IMG/VR virus record: IMGVR_UViG_3300045988_158467
Coordinates: 1-54,823 of that record
Length of the DNA: 54,823 nucleotides
Reading direction: 5' to 3' (one strand)
Source of the DNA: a virus
Shown here: positions 36,094 through 45,302 of the stretch, in pieces
Numbering within the stretch: position 1 is the first letter of the stretch
Layout: every line of letters begins with the position of its first letter
The notes under the pieces: generated by a model
Database searches by the model: none
The model's input: only the letters and a program-made list of their open reading frames with translations
What the model was told of the DNA's origin: nothing
Made by a program: the position numbers and the translations under genes

Positions 36094-36888
36094 TTGGATT
36101 TAATCGATAAACTGCCTTATTTTTATGACAATGGATATACTAAACCTATTATAGAGGCTGAACAAAAAGAAAGAGATATATTAGTTGAAGAAATAGAAGA
36201 TGTATTAAGACAAATGTATGTTTTAACTGCAACTTGGGGTTTAGATTATTGGGAAAATATGCTGTGTTTGCCAAGAGGAACAGGGAAAACATATGAAGAA
36301 AGAAGAAGTATAATTTTAACTAAAATGAGGGGTAGCAAAACAACTACTATCGAAGTAGTAAAGCAACTTGCATACTCCTTTTTTGATGTTGAAAATGTAA
36401 CAGTTGAAGAAGATAATGCACATTACATTTTTAATCTTACTTTAGAAAATGCAAAATTTGAAAGCAGTAATTTTTCAGATCTTATTAATGCAATTGAACT
36501 ATATAAACCAGCTCACCTTAATTACTCATTTGCTTTTGCTTCAAAGGGAACAGTAGTAATTAATAGCAATCAGAGAATAGCATTATCTAAGTTGCCGGAG
36601 TGCAATACATTTAGAGTTGGTACTTGGTGGAAATCTTATTCAGACGGATATGGCAATATAGGAAAAGTAATACAAGCAAGAACTTATGATGGATATAGCA
36701 ATTTACCTATTTGTGGACTATATAAAAATATAATAAAAATGTCAAAAGAGGAATTTGAATTAATACATAATCCAAGTAAAAATAATATTGTTGATTATGC
36801 TTTTGTTGATTATGCTATTGTAACAGAAACAGAAAGTATAAGTTCTAAAATAGGCGAATTAAAGATAGGATATAGCAAAATTTTATAA
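36094..36888 (+). CDS. XkdU-like (DUF2313) baseplate/tail-fibre connector protein
   Basis: LPYFYDNGYTKPIIEAEQKE...WGLDYWENMLCLPRG...ERRSIILTKMRG matches this family's pattern. TTG start. Confidence 0.65.
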   Translation: MDLIDKLPYFYDNGYTKPIIEAEQKERDILVEEIEDVLRQMYVLTATWGLDYWENMLCLPRGTGKTYEERRSIILTKMRGSKTTTIEVVKQLAYSFFDVENVTVEEDNAHYIFNLTLENAKFESSNFSDLINAIELYKPAHLNYSFAFASKGTVVINSNQRIALSKLPECNTFRVGTWWKSYSDGYGNIGKVIQARTYDGYSNLPICGLYKNIIKMSKEEFELIHNPSKNNIVDYAFVDYAIVTETESISSKIGELKIGYSKIL

Positions 36889-36906
36889 CTGAAAGAAGGT
36901 GAATAT

Positions 36907-39900
36907 ATGGCATATAAAAAGAAAGTATGGAAAACCGGCGATATTATGAAACAAGAAGATATTAATAATATTGAAAATGGGATATATGAAGCGCATCAAG
37001 AATTGAAGAATCTGCATAATTATGATGACACAGAAATAAAAAATATAATAGGATCTGGAACGTTATCTACATTAGCAAAAGATTTAAAAGGTGCAATAAA
37101 TGAGGTTTTTCAATATGCCAGTAATGGTAAAACTTTAATTGCTCAAGCTATTACTGGCAAAGGGGTAGCAACAAGTAATACAGATACGTTTCAAACAATG
37201 GCTACTAATATAAGCTTGATAAGTGGGAAGGTTACTGGGAAAATATTAACACTTGATAATAAAAAATATACATTATCTGAGGATGATAATGGGAATATAA
37301 CTGCTACAATAATCAAATTTAGTATAACTAATAAATTAACTAATGTAAGTAATAGTAACTCTGCAATACAAATAGATTATGGGAATAGTTACTCTGCTAC
37401 TATAACTGCCAATAGTGGGTATGGAATAAATTCATTAAGCATAACTATGGGTGGAGTTGATATAACTTCTACTGTATATTCAAATGGACAAATTAATATA
37501 AGTTCTGTCACTGGAAATATAATTATTACAGTAACAGCTAGTGCAACTATTGATATATCAGGAAGTTTTGGATCTATACTTGGCACTATAACAGAATGGG
37601 AAGTAGTTGGAGATAGTATAACAGATGAAGGTATGCTACCATTAACTAAATATCCAACAATCTTAAAAAATCAATATACTAATATATCAACTGTAAACAA
37701 TTGTGCTAAAAGTGGAGCACATATAACTAATAAAACAACAGGATATAAAACATTTTCAACATTAATAGATGAAGGGTTAAGTGGGGCTTCTGCCAATGCA
37801 GGTCTGGTGACTATATTTGGTGGTGTCAATGATTATTTGCAAAATTGTGATATAGGTACAACTAATGATACAGAAGATACTACATTTTATGGGGCATGCA
37901 AAAAACTTATAGAAAAAATCAAAAATAAATTTGCACAAGCTGAAATCATATGGATAATACCACTTAACATGACGAATGGTACATTTAATACTAACTCAAA
38001 TGGAATTAATAATGCTGGTAACACATTGGACGATTATAGAACTGCTATTAAAAATGTATGTACTACTAACAATATTAAAATAATAGATGTACATGAAGAT
38101 AGTGACTTGCAACCAAGCACATTAAGCAGTGACGGTCTACATCCAACAGCTGACGGACAAGGATTACTAGCAAGTAAGTTTAGAAAATATATTCCACGCA
38201 TTCCAGCGCAGTCAACTACAGAATTAACAGTAAGCAATATTGCAGATATAACAACAGTAGAAAAAATCACTTTTAACATAGTTTATTCAACATCAAAGTC
38301 AGTTATAAAACATGAAGTATCATGGGATGGAGGAAATACATTCTATGATAAAACAAGTGATGTAACATCCAATAATTTAACTTATACGTTTACACATGAC
38401 GCCAATGCAAATGCAGGAACTTATAATATGGCTATAAGAGTAACTACAAGTGACGGTGAAATAGCTACAAGTAATATATTTACATTAACGGTAATGGCAA
38501 GTCCTACACAAGATACTTATACTAATGCGGTAATATCAGATTTTAAAACAGTAGGTAAAGTGGATGATTTAATCATAGACAGTAGTTCTAATTTAACTGC
38601 ATCATCTGTTGGACAATGGGGTATGTGTTATTTAAATAAAAATATATCTAAATTAAAATTCACATTAAGACCAAATGTTGCAGACTATGCGTGTTTATGC
38701 TGGTATATATATAATGATAACGGCGATGGTACTTATAATATGATAGCATTAGGAATAGGAAGTGACCATGGACAAGAATTCAAAATGACAATACCAGGAA
38801 CGGGTGCTTCAAAAATAACAAAATTAACATTACCTGATATAAATAAAAATGACATATTAATCGTAGAATATAATGGAACTTCACAAAAAATTACAAAAGA
38901 AGATGGAACAGCTTTAATTACATTAGAAGGTAATATGAGTGGTTGGTGTGGACAATCTTCTAGTTCAATACCATTTTGCTCTAATGTAAAATATATTGAA
39001 AAAGAAAATACTGATACGGTTTTATTAGATTCTAATGGTGCATATATTGTAGATGATTTTTCAAGCAATATAGTAGATCCAAGTAAATGGTCTTATGAAC
39101 TAGGATATGTTAGAAATAGTGAAACACAAAATTATGTAAATACTAATGCGATAATTAATGACGGTATTTTAGAATTAAGAGGTTTGAAGGATAGTAGTGG
39201 GAATTGGACTTCATCTTCTATTATATCAAAAGGTCATTTTGCATTCATGTATGGGAAAATAGAGGCACGTGTTAAATTATGTAACTTAAATGGAGCATTT
39301 GGAGCATTTTGGACTTTAGGAGATAGTTTTGAATTTGGATATAAAGAAAATGGTAGCCCGGATACTTTGGGAGAATGGTGGGCGTATTGTGGAGAATTTG
39401 ATATAGTTGAATTTTATAATAAAAAATTAACTTGCGGAACATTCTTCAATCAAAAGGAAGAAAGTGGTCGTGTATGGTATGATAATTATACAACTGGTGA
39501 TTGGCATATATTTGCAATGGAATGGAAAACGGATGGTACATTAATTTTCTCTATTGATGGAAATGAATTATCAAGAACAAGTGCTACTGATAATAGAGCC
39601 TTCCATATACCACACTTTATTTTACTTAACCAAGCGATAGGAGCTAGTGGTGGTACTCCTGATAGTGATACAACTGAAATAACTCAATATGTTGATTGGG
39701 TTAAATATTATCCATTGAGTACGGATAATGTAGTACTTAATAGTAGTGATTTCACAATTCAAGCAACAGATTTCAATGAAAATAATTGCGTAGTTAGAGC
39801 AACGTTTAATGATAACTGTATCAACAAAGCTTTAAGCTGGAAATCAAATAATGAAAGTGTTATTACTGTTCATAGTGGATTTTGTGTTGCAGCTAGTTCA

Positions 39901-39990
39901 AGTGGTTCAGCTACTATCACAGCAACTTCTAAGAGCGGTGTTTCAAAAAGCATAACATTAAATGTCAGCAATAACGCTATATCACATTAG
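36907..39990 (+). CDS. tail fibre / receptor-binding protein with SGNH esterase, GH16/ConA-like glucanase and Big_2 domains
   Basis: SGNH blocks VVGDSITDEG, FGGVNDY, SSDGLHPT. GH16 catalytic-type motif GEFDIVEF (ExDxxE) at about 39394-39411. C-terminal Ig-like ...SGSATITATSKSGVSKSITLNVS. Confidence 0.7.
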   Translation: MAYKKKVWKTGDIMKQEDINNIENGIYEAHQELKNLHNYDDTEIKNIIGSGTLSTLAKDLKGAINEVFQYASNGKTLIAQAITGKGVATSNTDTFQTMATNISLISGKVTGKILTLDNKKYTLSEDDNGNITATIIKFSITNKLTNVSNSNSAIQIDYGNSYSATITANSGYGINSLSITMGGVDITSTVYSNGQINISSVTGNIIITVTASATIDISGSFGSILGTITEWEVVGDSITDEGMLPLTKYPTILKNQYTNISTVNNCAKSGAHITNKTTGYKTFSTLIDEGLSGASANAGLVTIFGGVNDYLQNCDIGTTNDTEDTTFYGACKKLIEKIKNKFAQAEIIWIIPLNMTNGTFNTNSNGINNAGNTLDDYRTAIKNVCTTNNIKIIDVHEDSDLQPSTLSSDGLHPTADGQGLLASKFRKYIPRIPAQSTTELTVSNIADITTVEKITFNIVYSTSKSVIKHEVSWDGGNTFYDKTSDVTSNNLTYTFTHDANANAGTYNMAIRVTTSDGEIATSNIFTLTVMASPTQDTYTNAVISDFKTVGKVDDLIIDSSSNLTASSVGQWGMCYLNKNISKLKFTLRPNVADYACLCWYIYNDNGDGTYNMIALGIGSDHGQEFKMTIPGTGASKITKLTLPDINKNDILIVEYNGTSQKITKEDGTALITLEGNMSGWCGQSSSSIPFCSNVKYIEKENTDTVLLDSNGAYIVDDFSSNIVDPSKWSYELGYVRNSETQNYVNTNAIINDGILELRGLKDSSGNWTSSSIISKGHFAFMYGKIEARVKLCNLNGAFGAFWTLGDSFEFGYKENGSPDTLGEWWAYCGEFDIVEFYNKKLTCGTFFNQKEESGRVWYDNYTTGDWHIFAMEWKTDGTLIFSIDGNELSRTSATDNRAFHIPHFILLNQAIGASGGTPDSDTTEITQYVDWVKYYPLSTDNVVLNSSDFTIQATDFNENNCVVRATFNDNCINKALSWKSNNESVITVHSGFCVAASSSGSATITATSKSGVSKSITLNVSNNAISH

Positions 39991-39993
39991 GAG

Positions 39994-40302
39994 GTGATAA
40001 ACTTGAGAACTCTTACAGATAAGGCACTTAATAAATTAGCAAATTATTATATTAGCAAACTAAAAAATGTGAAATATACACTTGATGGAGAAGAAAAAGA
40101 AATAGATTTTTTTTCTAAAAAAGTAATAGGGAATACTGCTTGTGCTTATGTATTCTTTGATGAGAATTACAAAGGAAAAATTACAAATATAAGAGTAATA
40201 GATAAAGATGGGGATATAGTAGCACAAGACAAGAAAGTCTATGAAAGAACTACTGATAAGGCATTGTATATAGCATTTAAGCATGAATTTACGGAGGTGT
40301 AA
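39994..40302 (+). CDS. hypothetical tail-fibre-associated protein
   Basis: AGGAGGTG RBS. The start may be TTG 40003. Confidence 0.45.
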   Translation: MINLRTLTDKALNKLANYYISKLKNVKYTLDGEEKEIDFFSKKVIGNTACAYVFFDENYKGKITNIRVIDKDGDIVAQDKKVYERTTDKALYIAFKHEFTEV

Positions 40303-40305
40303 AAA

Positions 40306-40617
40306 ATGAGTATATATACAAAGAATGAATGGATAGACCATATAGAAGATGTTGATACAGGAGAAGTATTGCAAGTTGGTACTTTGTATTGTGCTAGACT
40401 CATGAATCATATGGAAGATGGCATAGAATCAGCACATAGTGAAATGATTGTAATGGAGACAGCTGTAAAAAATATGCAAACAAAAGTAAAAGTATTAGAA
40501 GACAATCTTATAAATAATATGCCTCATAACAATTTCTTAGAAGACTTAACTACTCTAGATGATATTAATATTGTTGATGGGATTTATAGTCCAATTTTAG
40601 GTAAGGTTTATTATTAG
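40306..40617 (+). CDS. hypothetical protein sharing the fibre N-terminal anchor-like motif
   Basis: ...ARLMNHMEDGIESAHSE resembles NNIENGIYEAHQE (36907) and NNMENGIEAAHQN (42393). Confidence 0.5.
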   Translation: MSIYTKNEWIDHIEDVDTGEVLQVGTLYCARLMNHMEDGIESAHSEMIVMETAVKNMQTKVKVLEDNLINNMPHNNFLEDLTTLDDINIVDGIYSPILGKVYY

Positions 40618-40632
40618 AAAGGAAGTGATTGG

Positions 40633-42030
40633 ATGGCAGTAGGTGATATAAAAAAAATTGGGACATTGCAAATTAATGAGGTAAAATATGAACAATCACA
40701 AATAATTGAATGTGCAATAAACACAAATTTTACTTTTGTTGATGATTCAACTGGCAATTATGATTGGGAATGGATTGAAGCTAATTTAAATGGGACAAAA
40801 GCATATATTTCTAAAGCATCACCACTTCATGGTATGTCTCCAAATAATATGTTGGGTCAATGTAAAAAGGTCACTTTAGGTGGTATTTTATATAGAATAG
40901 CTTTAATTTCAGCGAATGACTGGATAAATTTACCTAAAACTGTTTTAGCAAAAATGCTTAAAATAGGAGCTTTTGACTTTGATGTAACTACATCAGATTT
41001 CTTTTATAAAACTGGTATGGATAGAGATGAAGTTAGAATAGTAACTCTTAAATTTGACTATGTAATAGATAACGGTTCATTTCCTGCAAATTCTGCAGGG
41101 CAAAATCTATATTACTGGCCTGTATTAATTGTTGATAATAATGTTCCTATTATAAGTGGAGAAGATGAAAACTTAGGAAATAAAACAAGTTCATTTAATA
41201 TAACTTATTCTGTATCAGATACAGATGCCGGGCAAGAATTAACAGTAAAAGAAAAATTAAATGGAAGTATCATAAGAACATTAAAAAATCCAACTCAAAA
41301 TTCAACTTTAACATTTACAATAACAGATGAATTATTTGTTTCTCTTAGCATGAATACTACCAATACCATAGAAATAGAAGTTACCGACGGAAGTGCTACT
41401 ACATATAGAAGATATACATTTGTAAAGACTAATTCAGCACCATTTATAACTTATACAGGGCAAGCAGACTTAGGAGAGTTAACAACTAAACCTAGTATTA
41501 CTTATTCAGTTAAAGATAATGAAGGAGATGCAATAACTGTAACTGAAAAATTGAATGGTGAAGTAATAAACCAATTTAGTGCAACTTCAAATACAAACTA
41601 TACAGTAGGAATAACTGATACGTTCTGGCTTACTTGTGGATCTAATACAAATACAGTAGAAATAATAGCAAGTGATGCTCTTGGTGGAAGTAGTTCAAAG
41701 ACTATTACATTTTCAAGAAAGATAACAAAACTACAAATAGTTATGAAAAATGCAATAGAAACAGATGCAAAAGCAACAAAGATATTAGTATCCCCTCAAT
41801 GGACCACAAGTGGAGGAGTAGGAAAAGTAGAAGTATGTAACAATGGATTTGACCCTAATCCTACATGGGAAGATGCAACTACTATGGTGGTACTTAATAG
41901 ACCTCATTTATTTACTAATACAAGCAAAACTGCTTCCAAATGGGGAATAAAAATAAGAATAACAGTTACAAAGAATCAAGGATATGATGGAGAAGTTGCA
42001 ATATTTGGATTTGGGGGGGCATATGAATGA
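40633..42030 (+). CDS. tail-associated protein with two tandem ~95-aa Ig/cadherin-like repeats
   Basis: ...FNITYSVSDTDAGQELTVKEKLNGSIIRT... and ...PSITYSVKDNEGDAITVTEKLNGEVINQ... are internal repeats. Confidence 0.55.
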   Translation: MAVGDIKKIGTLQINEVKYEQSQIIECAINTNFTFVDDSTGNYDWEWIEANLNGTKAYISKASPLHGMSPNNMLGQCKKVTLGGILYRIALISANDWINLPKTVLAKMLKIGAFDFDVTTSDFFYKTGMDRDEVRIVTLKFDYVIDNGSFPANSAGQNLYYWPVLIVDNNVPIISGEDENLGNKTSSFNITYSVSDTDAGQELTVKEKLNGSIIRTLKNPTQNSTLTFTITDELFVSLSMNTTNTIEIEVTDGSATTYRRYTFVKTNSAPFITYTGQADLGELTTKPSITYSVKDNEGDAITVTEKLNGEVINQFSATSNTNYTVGITDTFWLTCGSNTNTVEIIASDALGGSSSKTITFSRKITKLQIVMKNAIETDAKATKILVSPQWTTSGGVGKVEVCNNGFDPNPTWEDATTMVVLNRPHLFTNTSKTASKWGIKIRITVTKNQGYDGEVAIFGFGGAYE

Positions 42031-42185
42031 TGAAAATATTTCATAAAAAATCGTTGATAGAAATAAATAAGGAAAAAGAAGAAAATGGAAAACTAAAAAA
42101 GGAAGTTGAAGAATTAAAATCAGAATTAGAACTAACTCAAACTGCATTGAATGATTTATTATTTGGAGAAGAAGGAGGTGAATAA
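42027..42185 (+). CDS. small coiled-coil protein (52 aa)
   Basis: The ATG overlaps the preceding stop (ATGATGA). Below the ORF-track cut-off. Confidence 0.4.
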   Translation: MMKIFHKKSLIEINKEKEENGKLKKEVEELKSELELTQTALNDLLFGEEGGE

Positions 42186-42187
42186 GA

Positions 42188-42325
42188 ATGGCTGGATATT
42201 TAGCATTGCAAATAATGAAAGGTAACCTTAGTTATGCAAAGGTTATGAGTAAGTTTAGCAAATATAAAGAACAAATAGACATTATATTAGTAGCAGAAGG
42301 CAGAGAAGATTTAATAGAAAATTAA
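42188..42325 (+). CDS. XkdX-like small protein (45 aa)
   Basis: GGAGGTG RBS. It ends a fibre module and is followed by a terminator. Confidence 0.45.
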   Translation: MAGYLALQIMKGNLSYAKVMSKFSKYKEQIDIILVAEGREDLIEN

Positions 42326-42350
42326 TCTTCTCTTTTTTTATTATCATTTA

Positions 42351-42378
42351 AGAGGATCTTCATAGGTCCTCTTTTTTA
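42351..42378 (+). terminator. Rho-independent terminator
   Basis: AGAGGATC/GGTCCTCT stem followed by a T6 run. Confidence 0.6.
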
Positions 42379-42392
42379 TAAGGAGGGATAAA

Positions 42393-43478
42393 ATGTCTTA
42401 TAATAAAAAAGTATGGAAAAGTGGAGACAGAATTACAAAAGAAGCGTTAAACAATATGGAAAATGGTATAGAGGCAGCACATCAAAATTCAGGTGGAACA
42501 GGTTCGGTAGCAATAGTAGATAATTTAAACAGTGATAGTTCAACATCTGCTTTAAGCGCAAAGCAAGGTAAAGAACTTAATAATAAAATGCCTGCTAAAT
42601 CTATAGTAGAAGGTGGAAAAATATACCTAGCAAAAGAGGATGGAACAAAATTAGATAGCGGAACTGAATTACCTGCAGGTGGAAGTACAATAGAAGTTGT
42701 AAATAATCTAGAAAGTGACTCAACTACTGCTGCTTTGAGTGCTGCACAAGGTAAAACACTTAATACGCAATATAAAGATATTGCGAGTAAAAAAATTGAT
42801 AATGTTACACTTTCTAATAATGTATTAACATTTTTTGCTAATAGTAAAAATATAAAAGCTATTACTTTACCAACATCTACGACTAGCGAAGGCACAAACG
42901 GAAAAGAAATAGAACTGCAAAAAAGTACAACTCATATACAGTGGAGATATGTAGGTGATGCAGATTGGATTAATCTTGTCGCATTAGCAGACTTGAAAGG
43001 GGCAGATGGGGCGAAAGGTGATAAGGGTGATACTGGAGCAACTCCAAACTTACAAATCGGAAATGTTACAACACTAGATAATGGTAGCAATGCTACTGCA
43101 AGTATTACAGGGACTGTGGAAAATCCATTACTTAATTTAGGAATACCTAAAGGGGCGAAAGGTGATAAGGGTGATACTGCTTCTAGTGGTGGAAGTACCC
43201 TAGTGACTACTAATATATCCGGTACTACTTTAGCACTAACAACAGATAAATATCAAACTGCTACTGTTGTAGATGCCACTGAAATTACATTGCCAGCAGT
43301 TACTTCTTTTATAGAAATTCATTTATTTTTTAGTACGACAACAGATTTAACATTAACATTACCGGCATGTAAATGGCAAAATGGGAATATCCCCGCAATA
43401 TTAGCTAATAAAACATATGAATTTATTTTTACTTATACTACAGAATGGTTAGGTGGGGTGATTGAGTATGTCGCATAA
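42393..43478 (+). CDS. second tail fibre protein with collagen-like Gly-X-Y stretches
   Basis: The N-terminal MSYNKKVWKSGDRITKEALNNMENGIEAAHQN is paralogous to the 36907 N-terminus. Repeats SDS.T.ALSA.QGK.LN (x2). GADGAKGDKGDTGATP and GAKGDKGDTASSG. Confidence 0.7.
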   Translation: MSYNKKVWKSGDRITKEALNNMENGIEAAHQNSGGTGSVAIVDNLNSDSSTSALSAKQGKELNNKMPAKSIVEGGKIYLAKEDGTKLDSGTELPAGGSTIEVVNNLESDSTTAALSAAQGKTLNTQYKDIASKKIDNVTLSNNVLTFFANSKNIKAITLPTSTTSEGTNGKEIELQKSTTHIQWRYVGDADWINLVALADLKGADGAKGDKGDTGATPNLQIGNVTTLDNGSNATASITGTVENPLLNLGIPKGAKGDKGDTASSGGSTLVTTNISGTTLALTTDKYQTATVVDATEITLPAVTSFIEIHLFFSTTTDLTLTLPACKWQNGNIPAILANKTYEFIFTYTTEWLGGVIEYVA

Positions 43479-44028
43479 ATTATTATTTAATAACGTTAAA
43501 AATAAAATAAATGTAGATTATGTATCTTATATAGAGAGTTCTGGAAACCAATATATAAATACTAATTATGTTCCGAATATAAATAGTGTGTTTGAGTTTA
43601 ATTATACTCCCTTAGCCGATAGAAGTTTTGAATTTGGTAATTCACAAATTAAAGGATTTAGAAATTATGATAATAGATATGCATTAACAGTAAATTCAGT
43701 TGTGTATTATTTTTCTAATTGTAAATATAACGTTCCACATATAATTAAAAGTAAAAATAAGTCTTTTACAATAGATGAAGTAGAAACTGTTGAAGATGGT
43801 ATGGTTTTTAATTTCGATAGTACAGAACCAATATACATATTTGGCAGTAATTCTAATAAATCATATGCACGAATGATTTTGAATTATTTTAAAATATCAG
43901 AAAACGATAAACTTATTAGAGATTATAGACCCTGCTTAGATAATAAAGGAGTAGCTTGTTTGTGGGATGAAGTAACACAACAATATTTTTATAATTTAGG
44001 TACAGGTAAATTTTCTTATAAAAAATAG
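43468..44028 (+). CDS. hypothetical fibre-associated protein
   Basis: ATG 43468 follows GGTGGGGTG. Overlaps the end of the fibre gene. Confidence 0.5.
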   Translation: MSHKLLFNNVKNKINVDYVSYIESSGNQYINTNYVPNINSVFEFNYTPLADRSFEFGNSQIKGFRNYDNRYALTVNSVVYYFSNCKYNVPHIIKSKNKSFTIDEVETVEDGMVFNFDSTEPIYIFGSNSNKSYARMILNYFKISENDKLIRDYRPCLDNKGVACLWDEVTQQYFYNLGTGKFSYKK

Positions 44029-44041
44029 GAGGTAAAATAAT

Positions 44042-44407
44042 ATGTATGCAAAATTAAATAATGAAGCATTAGAATATGCTCCACAAAATTACAAATTAAA
44101 TGATGGTAGAACAATAGTAGGTTTTAACAAATCTGTTGCACTAATGACTAGATATGGATTTAAAGAAGTGATAGACCAACAACCAAGTTATAATGCAGAT
44201 ACTGAATATCTAGTAATAACAGGATATACAGAACAAGATACAACAATAACAATCGTGTATGCGGTAAAACAAATGGATTTAATAGAACAAGAACTGACTA
44301 TAGATGAAAAAATAACACAACTTAAAAATGTGGACACTGAACATGAAGAGGCATTAGCAGAATTAACTGAAATGATTCTAGCTTTACAAGAAGGAGGTGC
44401 TAAATAA
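44042..44407 (+). CDS. hypothetical protein
   Basis: AGGAGGT RBS. Confidence 0.5.
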   Translation: MYAKLNNEALEYAPQNYKLNDGRTIVGFNKSVALMTRYGFKEVIDQQPSYNADTEYLVITGYTEQDTTITIVYAVKQMDLIEQELTIDEKITQLKNVDTEHEEALAELTEMILALQEGGAK

Positions 44408-44541
44408 TGGCAAGAATATATGCTAATTTAATTATAAAGAAACTTAGAACAATAGAACAAGTACCAAAAATGTTTAAAGATGAAACTCTTAAAATATTAG
44501 AAAAAGATGGATATGATGGGTACGGTGAACCTTTAGTGTAA
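44407..44541 (+). CDS. small XkdX/CD1375-like protein (44 aa)
   Basis: MARIYANLIIKKLRTIEQVPKMFKDETLKIL. The start overlaps the previous stop (TAATG). Confidence 0.45.
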   Translation: MARIYANLIIKKLRTIEQVPKMFKDETLKILEKDGYDGYGEPLV

Positions 44542-44625
44542 ATTGCACAATCTGAATCAATTGCGTAATAAAATGTTTATAAAAATGAAGTCATGTTAAT
44601 ACTCTAAATAAAAAGGAGTGTTGGC

Positions 44626-44724
44626 ATGGCTTTATTATATATAGCATTAGTATTATGTTTAATAGGCATATTAATAGGTATTCTGTCTATAATAGGGATA
44701 ATTGTACTTTATAAATCAATATAG
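44626..44724 (+). CDS. 32-aa hydrophobic peptide
   Basis: AAAAGGAG RBS. MALLYIALVLCLIGILIGILSIIGIIVLYKSI. Its own terminator follows. Confidence 0.45.
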   Translation: MALLYIALVLCLIGILIGILSIIGIIVLYKSI

Positions 44725-44732
44725 AAAGTTGA

Positions 44733-44761
44733 AGGATCTAAAGAAATTTAGGTCCTTTTTT
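44733..44761 (+). terminator. Rho-independent terminator
   Basis: AGGATCTAAA-gaaa-TTTAGGTCCT followed by a T5 run. Confidence 0.65.
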
Positions 44762-44784
44762 AATACAAAAAAAGGGGTGATATT

Positions 44785-45060
44785 ATGGATTTTCATTGCT
44801 GGAATGAAGAAGGGTGTACAGTAGAATTAGATGAAAGAGAGAAACAAGCATATATAGATTATGTTCAAAAGAAAAATCCAGGACAACAAATTAAAAGCCT
44901 GGTTGTAAAATTGGATGGCGATTATGTTGATTTGAAATATGAAGTAGTTCCAATTCCATTTAAAAGAATTCGCAGAATTACAGGCTATTTGGTAGGTGAT
45001 ACAACGACTTGGAACGATGCAAAATTGAATGAACTCAAGGATAGAGTAAAACATAGTTAA
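44785..45060 (+). CDS. orphan NrdD-type glycyl-radical-domain protein (91 aa)
   Basis: C-terminal RRITGYLVGDTTTWNDAKLNELKDRVKH matches the class III RNR C-terminal signature R.(C/T)GYL......(W/F)N.(G/A)K..E...R..H. The candidate radical Gly codon is at 44983-44985. Confidence 0.55.
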   Translation: MDFHCWNEEGCTVELDEREKQAYIDYVQKKNPGQQIKSLVVKLDGDYVDLKYEVVPIPFKRIRRITGYLVGDTTTWNDAKLNELKDRVKHS

Positions 45061-45077
45061 GAATAGAGGTGTTGTCT

Positions 45078-45302
45078 ATGAATACAGAAATAATTGTTGC
45101 AATATTAGCATTTGTTGGAACCCTAGCAGGTTCTTACTTTAGCAATAACAAGACAACTGCAGTAATACAAGAACAGATAAAAAATATAAAAGAAGATATA
45201 TCTATTCTGAGTAATAGGGTGGATAAGCATAATAATCTTATAAGTAGAATGAGTGTTGTTGAAGAAAAAATAAAGGAATTAGAAAATAAAGGAGAGAGAT
45301 AA
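45078..45302 (+). CDS. XhlA-like membrane protein (lysis-associated)
   Basis: N-terminal TM segment IIVAILAFVGTLAGSYF followed by a coiled coil. Lies directly upstream of the holin gene. Confidence 0.6.
   Translation: MNTEIIVAILAFVGTLAGSYFSNNKTTAVIQEQIKNIKEDISILSNRVDKHNNLISRMSVVEEKIKELENKGER

Noticed and set aside
42013-42019. A G7 homopolymer (rare in this AT-rich genome) near the end of the 40633 gene, considered as a phase-variation switch.
   Set aside because: It lies only 4 codons before the stop. A +/-1 slip changes only a few terminal residues, so a regulatory role is unlikely. It is more relevant as a potential sequencing-error site.
42960-43190. Collagen-like and duplicated segments in the second fibre gene, considered as a diversity-generating retroelement variable region.
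   Set aside because: The window contains no reverse transcriptase, no template repeat and no Avd-like gene.
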